Assembly: GCA_965661285.1 (NCBI GenBank)
Contig: CBFIDD010000001.1
Coordinates: forward strand, 96,001-160,000
Length of the DNA: 64,000 nucleotides
Reading direction: 5' to 3'
Source of the DNA: Poseidonia sp.
GTDB taxonomy: Archaea > Thermoplasmatota > Poseidoniia > Poseidoniales > Poseidoniaceae
Position numbers and translations under genes: made by a program. How positions within the stretch are numbered: position 1 is the stretch's first letter; each line of letters starts with the position of its first letter. The notes under the pieces were generated by a model. It did no database searches. It was not told the origin of the DNA and saw only the letters and a program-made list of their open reading frames with translations. Below are positions 39,401 to 47,803 of the stretch, piece by piece.

Positions 39401-39663
39401 TCGTTGATGTCTGCATCACCGATGTTTCGGATGTAGGCAGAGAAGGTTACTTCTTCACCGACCTGCAGAGCGTTGCGGCAACCACCCGGGTTGCTGCAGA
39501 CTGTTTCTTTTGGCGTGGTGATGGCAACTACAGACACATCGGCTCCTGCGCGAGCGCTCGTGTCTTCAATTACCACTTGTTCTTTGAGTTCGTGCATGTC
39601 CATGCTGGCGAAAAAGCTCGTCAACAACAACATCACGAGGATAACAGGCGTCATTTTCTTCAT
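36493..39663 (-). CDS. Large acidic membrane-anchored surface protein (CARDB/Ig/FN3-like domains, C-terminal TM, tail ending KDWDY)
   Basis: Start MKKMTPVILVMLLL (ATG 39663, GGGGGT RBS); DVSVVAI..FSAYIRNIG..SND CARDB pattern; YHLEVAVCN and YFFTAVPMDALGN FN3 motifs; TM near the C-terminus. Confidence 0.85.
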   Translation of the reverse strand: MKKMTPVILVMLLLTSFFASMDMHELKEQVVIEDTSARAGADVSVVAITTPKETVCSNPGGCRNALQVGEEVTFSAYIRNIGDADINELTYTVKVYNTDSSQNVGDLAKDANGNDLVWENLDVMCDDGTICDYDSAVSPLAAGSFLGGGKVTLQRSGADIVWTPLKGEYVVEIEAQSPTDADTSNDAEFVYVKVEDWFDVEVDLVWLVNDGSGGVTESDSSTLDASNLQSAPFKLIVTADGSDVFYPREVTIAIKTGGEVSTATLGTDDVKGESEMVVGTTQTVDVFANETDPNATQTASRSVLDYQTSWEMSGEIVPTSDSNAQFTISAELVKYTLYGQFEDCIEVSEPVEGDEDNVTQWNNECEVDFSSDDRPRTDSDELLGTKITYDDIRISNLAVYQGYNSDCTGAATTIVTAGEQGDLNVGCSLVLAEIEHRGSDYSKAYGWNISYEISLDGVSVDTGTINECVVGVEAPTPYTPLGTLGPITSACFHTNLVPGEYTIDVELNMNEKDSTDQDAQQWTGAVDQRPSNNGESMTARVVNNLPIITSFELETEGDIISGQGEALVFSTEAFDVDDPSGEGLTFSYASPSGEIGGCTATLLDGGTVCTTDAASLPIGDSPITVVVTDEHGGVASQEIDLFIWNSIVATATTDAGVGIEYALDYNGKSMFGIANFTDGDITEYENQQLEGFTGTYSAVAVVNYAPSTTYTSNDILDQSVSVMVPKDVEATSLWYIDGSGKWILLSDMSTDVDATTEMFTYDVPANLPVLAAGPMVLMGGELAQASIPDASVSGFSAEATRGGAIAMSWNISGTMLSSDSLRICVSPGQVLSLPDCPGAFNATVPSEDRSYTYSGSQTTHGVAYHLEVAVCNDQGCSTPGIANVTADKEVDGDVMADDMSVAAVDGQWVVNWTVTGDASDVAMWHVCWSTDDFTTGGMPTPCPDAAMGGDATTVIIDMPAIRTGQEYFFTAVPMDALGNMDAAASMNSFTDTRVADNSNTGDGTGTIGDTGDDASSSVPTWTWGLIGGVVIVAFIAGAFILSRGDGEGGEGKDWDY

Positions 39664-39692
39664 TTCAATACCCCCGAAAGTTCGGTGTCCTT

Positions 39693-39759
39693 TCCCACGG
39701 AATGCGTCGTATATATAGTATGGGCATGCTAAAGTTAGGCGGAAAATCCTCGATTTTCC
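39693..39759 (-). promoter_or_regulatory. Putative promoter (TATATATA) with upstream 8-bp inverted repeat
   Basis: TATA at 39710-39717; palindrome GGAAAATC-CTC-GATTTTCC at 39741-39759. Confidence 0.6.
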
Positions 39760-39866
39760 CCCAAAAAACACGAAAAACGGAAAAACTGTCCTGCTGGTTT
39801 GTAAGAATTAGAGCAACTTTTTTGTAGAAAAATCAGGGTAGTCGAACCCCGGCAAACACCTTCTCG

Positions 39867-42800
39867 TTAGGCGTTCCTCAACGCTGCAGAAGGCGGTATC
39901 TTCGATGCTTGCCGCACGGGAACAAACGTGGTCAAAAGCACGATGAGCCACCCAACAAGAAACAACCCGAGGGTGTTCGCCCACGGGAACGAAAAGGCAG
40001 CACCTTCGGCTTGCCAAACGGCCTTATAGAGCATGTAGTGGAAACCGTAGCCGATCACAAACCCGTTGAACATGCCGAGCACGGCCACCCACGACACCTC
40101 GATGGAAAACAAACGCAAAACATGGCGTTGACGAAAGCCAACAGCCCGCAGCATCCCAATGGTCCTTCGCCGTTCACTCACGTTTCGAACGGTCACCACA
40201 CCAATGCCAGCCACCCCTACCAGCAACCCGAGGGCGAGATACCCCTCAAACAGCGAAAGAATGGCAAGAACAAGCGATTGGATGATGGAAATCTCGGTCG
40301 CAACGGTTTGCACGTTGATGTTACTGGGAGCCAGTTCCACGTCGAGGAGCGTTTCAAGTTCGCTCGCAGCCTGGCGGACATCAACCGATTTGCCTTGAGG
40401 GGGGAGGTCCTGCGGCTGGTGGGTTTGGGTTGGGCGGGCGTCGGGCGCAACGCTCACGTACATTCGAGTGATCTTTCCGTTGAACTGTTCGCTCACCACC
40501 GACCCGTCCATCCATACACCTGGAGAAAAGATGTACGACGACTGTTTCAAGAACCCCCCAACGGTGACTTCCCTGGTGTTTTTCGGGTTTGAAAAGTCAA
40601 TTAGGGAAATTGAATCTCCAATTGAAAATTGAAGGGGAACCAACGTGCTTCCGTCCGCTGAGGATTCAAGTCCAAATGAGGCATCAAGGAACACGATATT
40701 CTCGAAAGTTCCAATCGAGATCCACGCCTCCATAGACGTGTTTCCAAGACGCTCATCCCAGGCATGTAGCGGAAGACCACCGTGCTCAATGAACCCGGCA
40801 TCAACCCCGCGTAAAAGGTAGGGCATGCGCTCACCTTGTTCGTCCTCAAGATGCACGGGCGACCGGTAAACGCCTCCAACGGCGTCAATATTGTCCATCG
40901 AGGGATGGTCAATCCCCCATGCCGCAGGATTGGCGTCCAGGTCAATGGGTCGTGAACGCGTGGACGTCAGCAGTAACTCAAATTCGCCCTCTGCTTCCTC
41001 GACAAAGTCCGAAGAATAGGTGTCAAATTGCTCGGTGTAGCCCGCAAGAACCACCACGGAAAACATCGTGATGGAAAACATCCCCATCACCACGGCTGTG
41101 CGAACCGGATGGGCGAGCGGGTGGGCGAGGGCCACCGAACCCACCGGCCCGGTGCGTCGTGTTAACCAGGAACGTTTGGCCAGCCCACCAACCGCACGTG
41201 GGGCGATGCTGGTCAGGACGAGGACACCAGCAAAAACCTGAAGCAGGCCGATGACGATGAACGCTAACTCGTTTGGCTCCATACGTTGACGCAGCGGGTC
41301 GACGGGCGCAAGAGCCAACGTCCACAACAGGAACAAAACACCGATGGCCCCAAGCGTGTTTCGCGCGGCATAGCGCGTCCATCGGTTGACAGGGCCACCG
41401 CGATTGAGCAGGACCGGCAGTTGCCACGTTAACACCGGTGTGAACAAGAGAATGAGGCCAACGCCCAGAAGGACATAGGCTGCATACGACAATCCACCCT
41501 CAAATCCGGAAACCAACAGGCCAACCGTACACAAACCCACCAGACCAAACGCGAGGACTTGGAGCAACACCACGCCCCACGGCACCCCTTGTTTGAGCGA
41601 TGGACGCGCCCCTCTGAGAGCTCGAACGATGTTGAGATTGGCGTTGTAAACAGCGCTCGACCAAAGCAAGAGGAAGGCCAACAGAACGCCCCAAATCCAA
41701 CCGGCCAAAAACGAGTCCAGCGTCCATGCGAAGACAAATTGTTGCGCGTCAACCGATGAAAAAATGGCTGAAAATCCGACCGAGATCACCCAAGCCAGTC
41801 CGAGGCCCAAAACCGAACCGAACCCACCTGAGACAAAGGCGAGCACGGCTCCCTCAAAGACAAACATCGCTCGAGCATCGCTTCGCCGGAGCCCCAAGGC
41901 ACGAACGGCGGCCAGTTCGGTTCGACGAACATCCGCGAGCAACATGATGATTGTCAAGGAAAGCAGGACGCCCGCAGCCATCGTGAAGGTCCCAAACACA
42001 AGGAACATGGCGGAGAGGGCACCGGAGGAGGCTTCCGCTTGTTCGCTGGCATCAAGTTGGACGGCTTGGACGCGGAGATGAAGGTCTTCGGTCCCACTTT
42101 GTTGGTCAAACCACGACATGAGGGCACGGAACGAGGCGTCGTTTTCACCGGCGAAGCCCGGACCGGAAAACATCAGCAAGGAGCGGTCATCGGCTTCTGC
42201 CAGCGCCAGCACCTCGGCGTCCTCAAGCGAAACCAGGCCGAGCACGACACCGTCCAAATCCGAGAGTTGGTCAAAGCCATCGATGGCCGTGTAGGTCCCG
42301 CCGTGATCAAGGACCGTAGCGGTGTCGTTACCGTAGGCATAGGGAAGAACACCCGTCAGCGAAAGCGATGAGGTGTTCTCCATTTGAAGGGCACCAAGGC
42401 GAGCCGATGTCAGCACCTGGCCTTGTTGAATCTCAAGAGCGGCTCCCTCGCCCCCGAACGCCAACACCATTTGCGGGAGACGGCCGAAGCCAGCAGCGTC
42501 CGATAAGACGGGAAGGCGGATGCTCTCAACTTCTTGCACTTCGGTGTTCCAACGAAGCACGCCGTGTTCAAAGGTGCAGAGGAGGCGATCCTCATCGAAG
42601 AGAAGAGCAGCCACGCCATCGCAGACCTCGGGGAGTTGCGGCAGGTTCGTAGTGGGCTCGAGGGGCCAATCAGCAGCCCCAATTTCGGTGAAGATCGCCC
42701 CGTCCGTTGAACGGTAATATTGGGTGTTCAGCAGACCCTCGATGCTGAGATAGAGGTCGCCCTCAACGACCAATTCGTAGGACAGCACGGTGGTTGGCAA

Positions 42801-44456
42801 AGGCAACCCAAGGGTGTGGCGATGGTGAAGCGACAGATTCCTGTCAACATTGAGCAGGTCAAGCGATGTGCCATTGGACTGCAGCACCCACCACGCCTCG
42901 ATGTCATCAGCCACCGCCAGCGAGGTTAGACCCGTATCAAGCGAGGCCCTCGGTTCTTCGTCATCAAGACCAACATCGACGAGAACGACCTCCTCTTCAC
43001 TCACTACAACGGCCGATGCGCTATCATCCGACCAAGCCACATCGACCACGCGATCGCCTTCATCGGCCTGCCACAACCATGCGTCTCCGCCATCACGCGG
43101 CTCAAAGCCAATACCTGAGAGGGCCACATGCCACCACACATCTTCAGCGAGGCGAAGTTGCGTCACCTCCGTGTCCGCCAGCGTGAGAAGGGACTCGCGC
43201 TCGACCACGACATCGACGAGTGGGACCTGCAAAACCTCCAGAAGGGTCGCATCGGGATAGAGCGTGGATTTGTTTTCCCGCAACGCACTGACATCGGTGC
43301 CGGTGATGCGTTGCAGGCCGGCGCTCGACGAGACCGTCAACGAAGACGTTGCTTCGTCGTGGGTGTAGACCACGCCCACGTCTTCCGCCGTGAGCGAGGC
43401 GTTCAGGAGGGACGACAACTCGGGAAGCAAACCACGGAGTTCTCCATCCGCGAGTTCGGGGGCGTAGGCCAGCGACAACCGGTTGAGCGAGGCCGACAGA
43501 TCGAGCATCTGTTGAGCAGAAGGAAGGTCCATGAACACCGCCGGCGACAACGTTCCGGCCATGGCGCCTTGGCCTTCATTGGGAACCACAGCGTGGACCA
43601 CCGCCGTAGAGGTCGTTCGCACCCGTGCACCGTCTTGTGACACAAACGCACCCAGCTCGAGCACATCGCCCTGCTCGACCTCAAGTGCATCGGCAGCGGC
43701 TGCATTGAGGACAACATGCGTGTCGTCAGCCACGGCGTTGATGGATTCAAGCGTAGAAAATCGGAGTCCAGACGAAGCCTCCAAAGGCGCCCAAACGCCT
43801 TCGTCATCGACGCTTCCATTTCGTGCAAACAATGGTACGGAGGGTTCAGCCCGACCGTTTTCAGCCGCTAAACTCACGGTCGAAGCCACACCGTACTGAC
43901 GCCCCTCGAGGTGGACGCTCAACGAAGGGTCCGCCATCAATGTGTTCCAAAATCGCTCAGCGACGTCCTCGTCAAACACAACAGCCACGCCCGTCAAGGG
44001 GTCAACTCCTGCGACGAGGACGTCGGTTTCGCCCCAAGCAGCGCTGACCTCTTTGCCCACCGTTGCGTCGAGGGAATCCCCCACGACGAGCGACGAGGTG
44101 ATGATGCTTGAAGCGATGATCAATCCAGCGACCATCAACACCGATTGACGTTTTCTTCGGAGAATGTTTTCTTTAGCAAGGCGCCATACGAGCAGGCGTT
44201 GAGGAACGAGCAACGGCTGAACGAAGAGCATGGACATCGTGCCGAAGAGCACGCATCCAGCGGCGACGGTCAAGTTCGAGGCCCCCAACCATGCGAGCAG
44301 CAGGCCAACCAGCACACCATCCACGGGCCCAGCGAACACCAGGAGAAGCCGCTGGACCCAACGCCATTCACGCCAACGGCGGGCGGTCAGCACACCGATG
44401 ATGCTCATGACAAGCACCAGCACAGCGGCCGACCCCAGCCACAGCAACACGCTCAT
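39867..44456 (-). CDS. Very large FtsX/MacB-family ABC permease with extra N-terminal TMs and extracellular insertion
   Basis: RRTELAAVRALG and ERRRTIGMLRAVG FtsX motifs; 1529 aa; ATGA overlap with the ATPase. Confidence 0.88.
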   Translation of the reverse strand: MSVLLWLGSAAVLVLVMSIIGVLTARRWREWRWVQRLLLVFAGPVDGVLVGLLLAWLGASNLTVAAGCVLFGTMSMLFVQPLLVPQRLLVWRLAKENILRRKRQSVLMVAGLIIASSIITSSLVVGDSLDATVGKEVSAAWGETDVLVAGVDPLTGVAVVFDEDVAERFWNTLMADPSLSVHLEGRQYGVASTVSLAAENGRAEPSVPLFARNGSVDDEGVWAPLEASSGLRFSTLESINAVADDTHVVLNAAAADALEVEQGDVLELGAFVSQDGARVRTTSTAVVHAVVPNEGQGAMAGTLSPAVFMDLPSAQQMLDLSASLNRLSLAYAPELADGELRGLLPELSSLLNASLTAEDVGVVYTHDEATSSLTVSSSAGLQRITGTDVSALRENKSTLYPDATLLEVLQVPLVDVVVERESLLTLADTEVTQLRLAEDVWWHVALSGIGFEPRDGGDAWLWQADEGDRVVDVAWSDDSASAVVVSEEEVVLVDVGLDDEEPRASLDTGLTSLAVADDIEAWWVLQSNGTSLDLLNVDRNLSLHHRHTLGLPLPTTVLSYELVVEGDLYLSIEGLLNTQYYRSTDGAIFTEIGAADWPLEPTTNLPQLPEVCDGVAALLFDEDRLLCTFEHGVLRWNTEVQEVESIRLPVLSDAAGFGRLPQMVLAFGGEGAALEIQQGQVLTSARLGALQMENTSSLSLTGVLPYAYGNDTATVLDHGGTYTAIDGFDQLSDLDGVVLGLVSLEDAEVLALAEADDRSLLMFSGPGFAGENDASFRALMSWFDQQSGTEDLHLRVQAVQLDASEQAEASSGALSAMFLVFGTFTMAAGVLLSLTIIMLLADVRRTELAAVRALGLRRSDARAMFVFEGAVLAFVSGGFGSVLGLGLAWVISVGFSAIFSSVDAQQFVFAWTLDSFLAGWIWGVLLAFLLLWSSAVYNANLNIVRALRGARPSLKQGVPWGVVLLQVLAFGLVGLCTVGLLVSGFEGGLSYAAYVLLGVGLILLFTPVLTWQLPVLLNRGGPVNRWTRYAARNTLGAIGVLFLLWTLALAPVDPLRQRMEPNELAFIVIGLLQVFAGVLVLTSIAPRAVGGLAKRSWLTRRTGPVGSVALAHPLAHPVRTAVVMGMFSITMFSVVVLAGYTEQFDTYSSDFVEEAEGEFELLLTSTRSRPIDLDANPAAWGIDHPSMDNIDAVGGVYRSPVHLEDEQGERMPYLLRGVDAGFIEHGGLPLHAWDERLGNTSMEAWISIGTFENIVFLDASFGLESSADGSTLVPLQFSIGDSISLIDFSNPKNTREVTVGGFLKQSSYIFSPGVWMDGSVVSEQFNGKITRMYVSVAPDARPTQTHQPQDLPPQGKSVDVRQAASELETLLDVELAPSNINVQTVATEISIIQSLVLAILSLFEGYLALGLLVGVAGIGVVTVRNVSERRRTIGMLRAVGFRQRHVLRLFSIEVSWVAVLGMFNGFVIGYGFHYMLYKAVWQAEGAAFSFPWANTLGLFLVGWLIVLLTTFVPVRQASKIPPSAALRNA

Positions 44457-45157
44457 TCCTCCTCAGGACGAGGAACGACGACATCTGAGAGGATGGAGCC
44501 GTCGTTCATGGTGATGGTTCGCTGACATTGAGCCGCAATATCAGCATCGTGTGTGACAATAAGAAACGTGGTCTGTTGTGTTTGATTCATTTCTCCAAGC
44601 AAGGTCATCACCTCACTTGATGTCGCCGTGTCCAGATTCCCCGTCGGCTCGTCGCACAGAATGATGGCAGGCTGGTGGACGATGGCGCGTGCGACCGCAA
44701 CGCGTTGTTGCTGGCCTCCGGAAAGTTCGGCCGGGCGGTGGTCGCTTCGGTCGCCAAGACCCACTTGGGCCAGGGCCTTCATCGCTTGCTGCCGAGCGTC
44801 GTGAGGTGCCTGGCCGTTGAGTAGGAGCGGTAATTCCACGTTTTCAACGGCTGAAAGGACCGGGAGGAGGTTGAAGTCTTGGAAAATAAAACCAAAATGC
44901 TGCCCTCGGAGGTCGGTTCGAGCATCGTCTGAAATCCCGTAGAGCGGTTGGCCGTTGACGGCGACCATCCCTGAGGTCGGCTCATCGATGCCCGAGAGAA
45001 TGTTGAGCAGCGTGGTCTTCCCGCATCCAGACGGCCCCATCACCGCCACCATCTCACCGGGTTGGACGACCAAGTCCACGCCCCGAACGGCCTCAACCGT
45101 TGATTCACCGGCCTGGTAGAGTTTCCAGAGCTGGCTGGCTTGAAGTGCAGGGGTCAT
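44453..45157 (-). CDS. ABC transporter ATP-binding protein (LolD-like)
   Basis: [29 protein letters not shown]; start ATG 45157 after GGTGA RBS. Confidence 0.93.
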   Translation of the reverse strand: MTPALQASQLWKLYQAGESTVEAVRGVDLVVQPGEMVAVMGPSGCGKTTLLNILSGIDEPTSGMVAVNGQPLYGISDDARTDLRGQHFGFIFQDFNLLPVLSAVENVELPLLLNGQAPHDARQQAMKALAQVGLGDRSDHRPAELSGGQQQRVAVARAIVHQPAIILCDEPTGNLDTATSSEVMTLLGEMNQTQQTTFLIVTHDADIAAQCQRTITMNDGSILSDVVVPRPEEE

Positions 45158-45208
45158 GGTTTCACCAAAGAGAATTGTATTGATAAATCCCTGCCCGAAT
45201 GGTATGCC

Positions 45209-45463
45209 ATGGACGAGGACAGCCCCACGGCCAACATCCGAATTGTTGCGTTTGGACAGATTGCCGAACGCCTCGGTGGCCGTCAACACGAACACAGCGT
45301 GCCAATGGGAACAACCATCCGAGAGCTCGTTGAAAACCTGGGTCTTGGGGAGTGGATTACGTTCGGCCTCTCTGTTGCGGTTGACGGGGACCGATGCAGC
45401 ATTGAAACGGTGGTTGAGCAAGGCGTTGAAATTGCGCTCCTCCCCCCCGTGAGCGGTGGCTAA
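45209..45463 (+). CDS. Ubiquitin-like MoaD/ThiS family protein (SAMP)
   Basis: Beta-grasp pattern IVAFG..AE..G; C-terminal EIALLPPVSGG. Confidence 0.88.
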   Translation: MDEDSPTANIRIVAFGQIAERLGGRQHEHSVPMGTTIRELVENLGLGEWITFGLSVAVDGDRCSIETVVEQGVEIALLPPVSGG

Positions 45464-45535
45464 ACCTTCGTTGAGCACACAGCAACAGGCAAGCCTTCAA
45501 CAACAGGAAGCACCAGCGAAGAATGAGGAAGGACC

Positions 45536-45859
45536 ATGGTGGGTGGACTCGGACCGCTTGAATTGAGCATCCTGCTCCTGCTGTTTTTCGTGCTCTTCGG
45601 CGCCCAGAGACTCCCTGAACTGGCCAATGCGCTCGGACGTTCAAAAGGTGAATTCAACAAGGGATTGAACGAGGTCACATCCATCGGCGACACCGCCAAG
45701 ACGGTGGCCGACCTTGAAGCCGGAGGGCGAACGCCCGATCAGGTGCTGATGGAACGCGCCAAAGCGGTGGGCCTTGAGCCTGCAGGGATGCCGGTTGATG
45801 AACTCAAAAAGAAGGTCGAGGCCCTCGAAGCGCTCCAGACAAGCGAAGAAAACGAGTGA
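45536..45859 (+). CDS. tatA: Twin-arginine translocase TatA
   Basis: GLGPLEL..LLFGAQRLPELANALGRSKGEFNKG. Confidence 0.93.
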   Translation: MVGGLGPLELSILLLLFFVLFGAQRLPELANALGRSKGEFNKGLNEVTSIGDTAKTVADLEAGGRTPDQVLMERAKAVGLEPAGMPVDELKKKVEALEALQTSEENE

Positions 45860-45861
45860 AC

Positions 45862-46359
45862 TCACGAACGGCGTCGCTTGACGACCACGGGCGAACCGCA
45901 AACATGGCAGTCTCCAATGCTCCCTTTCTTTGAGCGTGAAGCCTCACTCGACATCGCCGATGACACGCCGCAACCGGTGCAGCGCTGCTCCCATATCCAG
46001 ACCTGTTTGGAAGGGGTGTTGGCGACGGACTGCACGGTGCCCCCAGCCAATTTGAAGGTGTTCTGGAGGCGATAGTCGTCGGACACAAGCACGGCCTCAG
46101 CCTCGAGCGCCAACGCCAAGACATCCAAATCCACGTCGGAAAGGCGCGGGAGGTCGCCGCTGGTCTTTGCACACGCCTTGGCCGCATCAAGCGCAGCGGC
46201 CGAGACCGTTCGCCATTCCACGTCGGCCGATTCAACCAGAAGGACACGAGCGGGACTGAGTCGCTCGAGTTCGTGGACTTGCGAAGGTGCGCAGACGCCC
46301 CCGGCGAGTTGCTGCACGGGCCAATGGAGCAGCGCTGCCGTGTCCAACACCCGCTCCAT
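45862..46359 (-). CDS. nob1: Nob1-like endoribonuclease (PIN domain plus Zn ribbon)
   Basis: VLDTAA, GDL.RLSDVD, SDDY..QN, CTGC...CHVCGS. Confidence 0.88.
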   Translation of the reverse strand: MERVLDTAALLHWPVQQLAGGVCAPSQVHELERLSPARVLLVESADVEWRTVSAAALDAAKACAKTSGDLPRLSDVDLDVLALALEAEAVLVSDDYRLQNTFKLAGGTVQSVANTPSKQVWIWEQRCTGCGVSSAMSSEASRSKKGSIGDCHVCGSPVVVKRRRS

Positions 46360-46436
46360 GCATTCGTGTACAGAACCCTCTCCATGAAGTCACCGCTGAC
46401 CCCTATCTTCTTCAAAGGCCATGAACAGGGGCCGTC

Positions 46437-47045
46437 ATGAGTTGGAAGGCGACCATCCTGGAGGCCTTCGAGGCTTTCGGCCCGGCCAGTCTCTTTCTCC
46501 TTTCGTTCACCGAGGCCATTGTTCAACCCATCCCACCGGACTTGCTGTACATTCCGATGCTCGCCAGTGCGATGGGGGACGTTCCGCTTGTCGTTTGGTT
46601 GTGGTTGACGGTGACCGTTGCCTCTGTGTTGGGCTCGCTGGTCGGCTATTGGATCGGCCAAAAGTGGGGCACGCCAATCATGAAACGATTCGGCCAAGAG
46701 AAGCACCTCTCAAAACTCGAACAACTCACCGCTCGCTATGGCACGCTCGGAATTTTCATTGCGGCGTTTTCCCCCATTCCCTACAAAGTGCTTGGCTGGA
46801 TGGCCGGCATGGGCCATATGGCCAAGCGTCCGTTCCTCCTTGCGGGACTGGCAGGCCGAGGCCTCCGTTTTGGGCTGGAAGCGGTTCTCATTGGCGTGTA
46901 CGGCGACACGGCGTTGGACGCCATCATGTGGATTTTGGATAATGAGGTTCTTTTGGCCCTTGTGCTCATGCTTTCGGGCGTCGCGATGTGGTTGGCCTAC
47001 CGATGGTGGAACGGTCTTGATGCGCAACCCCCAACGGCCGCATGA
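46437..47045 (+). CDS. YqaA/VTT (DedA/SNARE-associated) membrane protein
   Basis: SFTEA..PIPPD, ASVLGS..GY.IG, PIPYKV, GR..RF. Confidence 0.88.
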   Translation: MSWKATILEAFEAFGPASLFLLSFTEAIVQPIPPDLLYIPMLASAMGDVPLVVWLWLTVTVASVLGSLVGYWIGQKWGTPIMKRFGQEKHLSKLEQLTARYGTLGIFIAAFSPIPYKVLGWMAGMGHMAKRPFLLAGLAGRGLRFGLEAVLIGVYGDTALDAIMWILDNEVLLALVLMLSGVAMWLAYRWWNGLDAQPPTAA

Positions 47046-47104
47046 AGCCGACGACCGTCGTACACGGGAACGGTTATGAACAGGGCGCAAGTGGGGCTAA
47101 CACC

Positions 47105-47179
47105 GCTCGCGTGGTGTAGTCAGGTCCATCATTACGGGTTTTCATCCCGTCGACCCGGGTTCGAATCCCGGCGCGAGCA
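47105..47179 (+). tRNA. tRNA-Glu(TTC)
   Basis: GCTCGCG/CGCGAGC acceptor; ACGGG-TTTTCAT-CCCGT anticodon arm; CCGGG-TTCGAAT-CCCGG T arm. Confidence 0.95.
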
Positions 47180-47300
47180 TATTCGGCCCCCAGTGCCCCG
47201 TTAATAAATCCAAAAACTCGTGTAAATTGGCCCGTGGTATGCTTGAATTTGCATCGCTTCCTGCGAGAAACTTTAGATGCCTCATGCCCGAGCATTTCGC

Positions 47301-47768
47301 ATGGTTAACATTGGAGACACCGCCCCTGCCTTTACCCTTCGAGCCACCGACAAGCGAGAGGTCTCGCTTTCAGAGTATGCCGGAAAAACCGTCATTTTGG
47401 TGTTCTACCCCGGCGCCTTTACCGGTGTGTGCGACAAAGAAATGTGTGCCTTTCAGGACAACATGGCAGCGTTGAACGACGCCGACGCCGTCGTTCTTGG
47501 CATCAGCGTGGATTCCCCTTGGGTCAACGCCGAATTCACTCGAAAATACAACCTTGAGTTCGAGCTCCTTTCCGACCTCGACCGAGAAGCGGTCAAGGCG
47601 TACGACGCAGCGTTTGTTGGCCTTGGCGGCATAGACGGCTACGTCTCGGCCAACCGAGTGGTCATCATCATCGACGCATCGGGAACCGTCCAGTACCGAT
47701 GGGTCGCAGAAAACCCCGGCGTTGAACCCGACTATGCCGAGGTTGTTTCGGCCGCGGCTGGTCTTTGA
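47301..47768 (+). CDS. Peroxiredoxin (BCP/PrxQ- or AhpE-like)
   Basis: FYPGAFTGVCDKEMC (PxxxTxxC plus resolving Cys), GISVD, LLSD. Confidence 0.92.
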   Translation: MVNIGDTAPAFTLRATDKREVSLSEYAGKTVILVFYPGAFTGVCDKEMCAFQDNMAALNDADAVVLGISVDSPWVNAEFTRKYNLEFELLSDLDREAVKAYDAAFVGLGGIDGYVSANRVVIIIDASGTVQYRWVAENPGVEPDYAEVVSAAAGL

Positions 47769-47803
47769 TTTAACCAAGGCAGCACAGGAAAGCGCTTGGC
47801 CAA

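Noticed and set aside
45158-45478. N-terminal extension of the ABC ATPase ORF
   Set aside because: Overlaps the opposite-strand SAMP gene; an RBS supports the ATG at 45157.
45740-45859. TatA C-terminal helical extension
   Set aside because: A similar AKxxG...xDEL tail is common in euryarchaeal TatA; not novel.
47090-47195. GGGGCT/GGCCCC flanks around tRNA-Glu as a possible att site
   Set aside because: Short GC-rich match; no integrase and no duplicated tRNA 3' end seen in the window.
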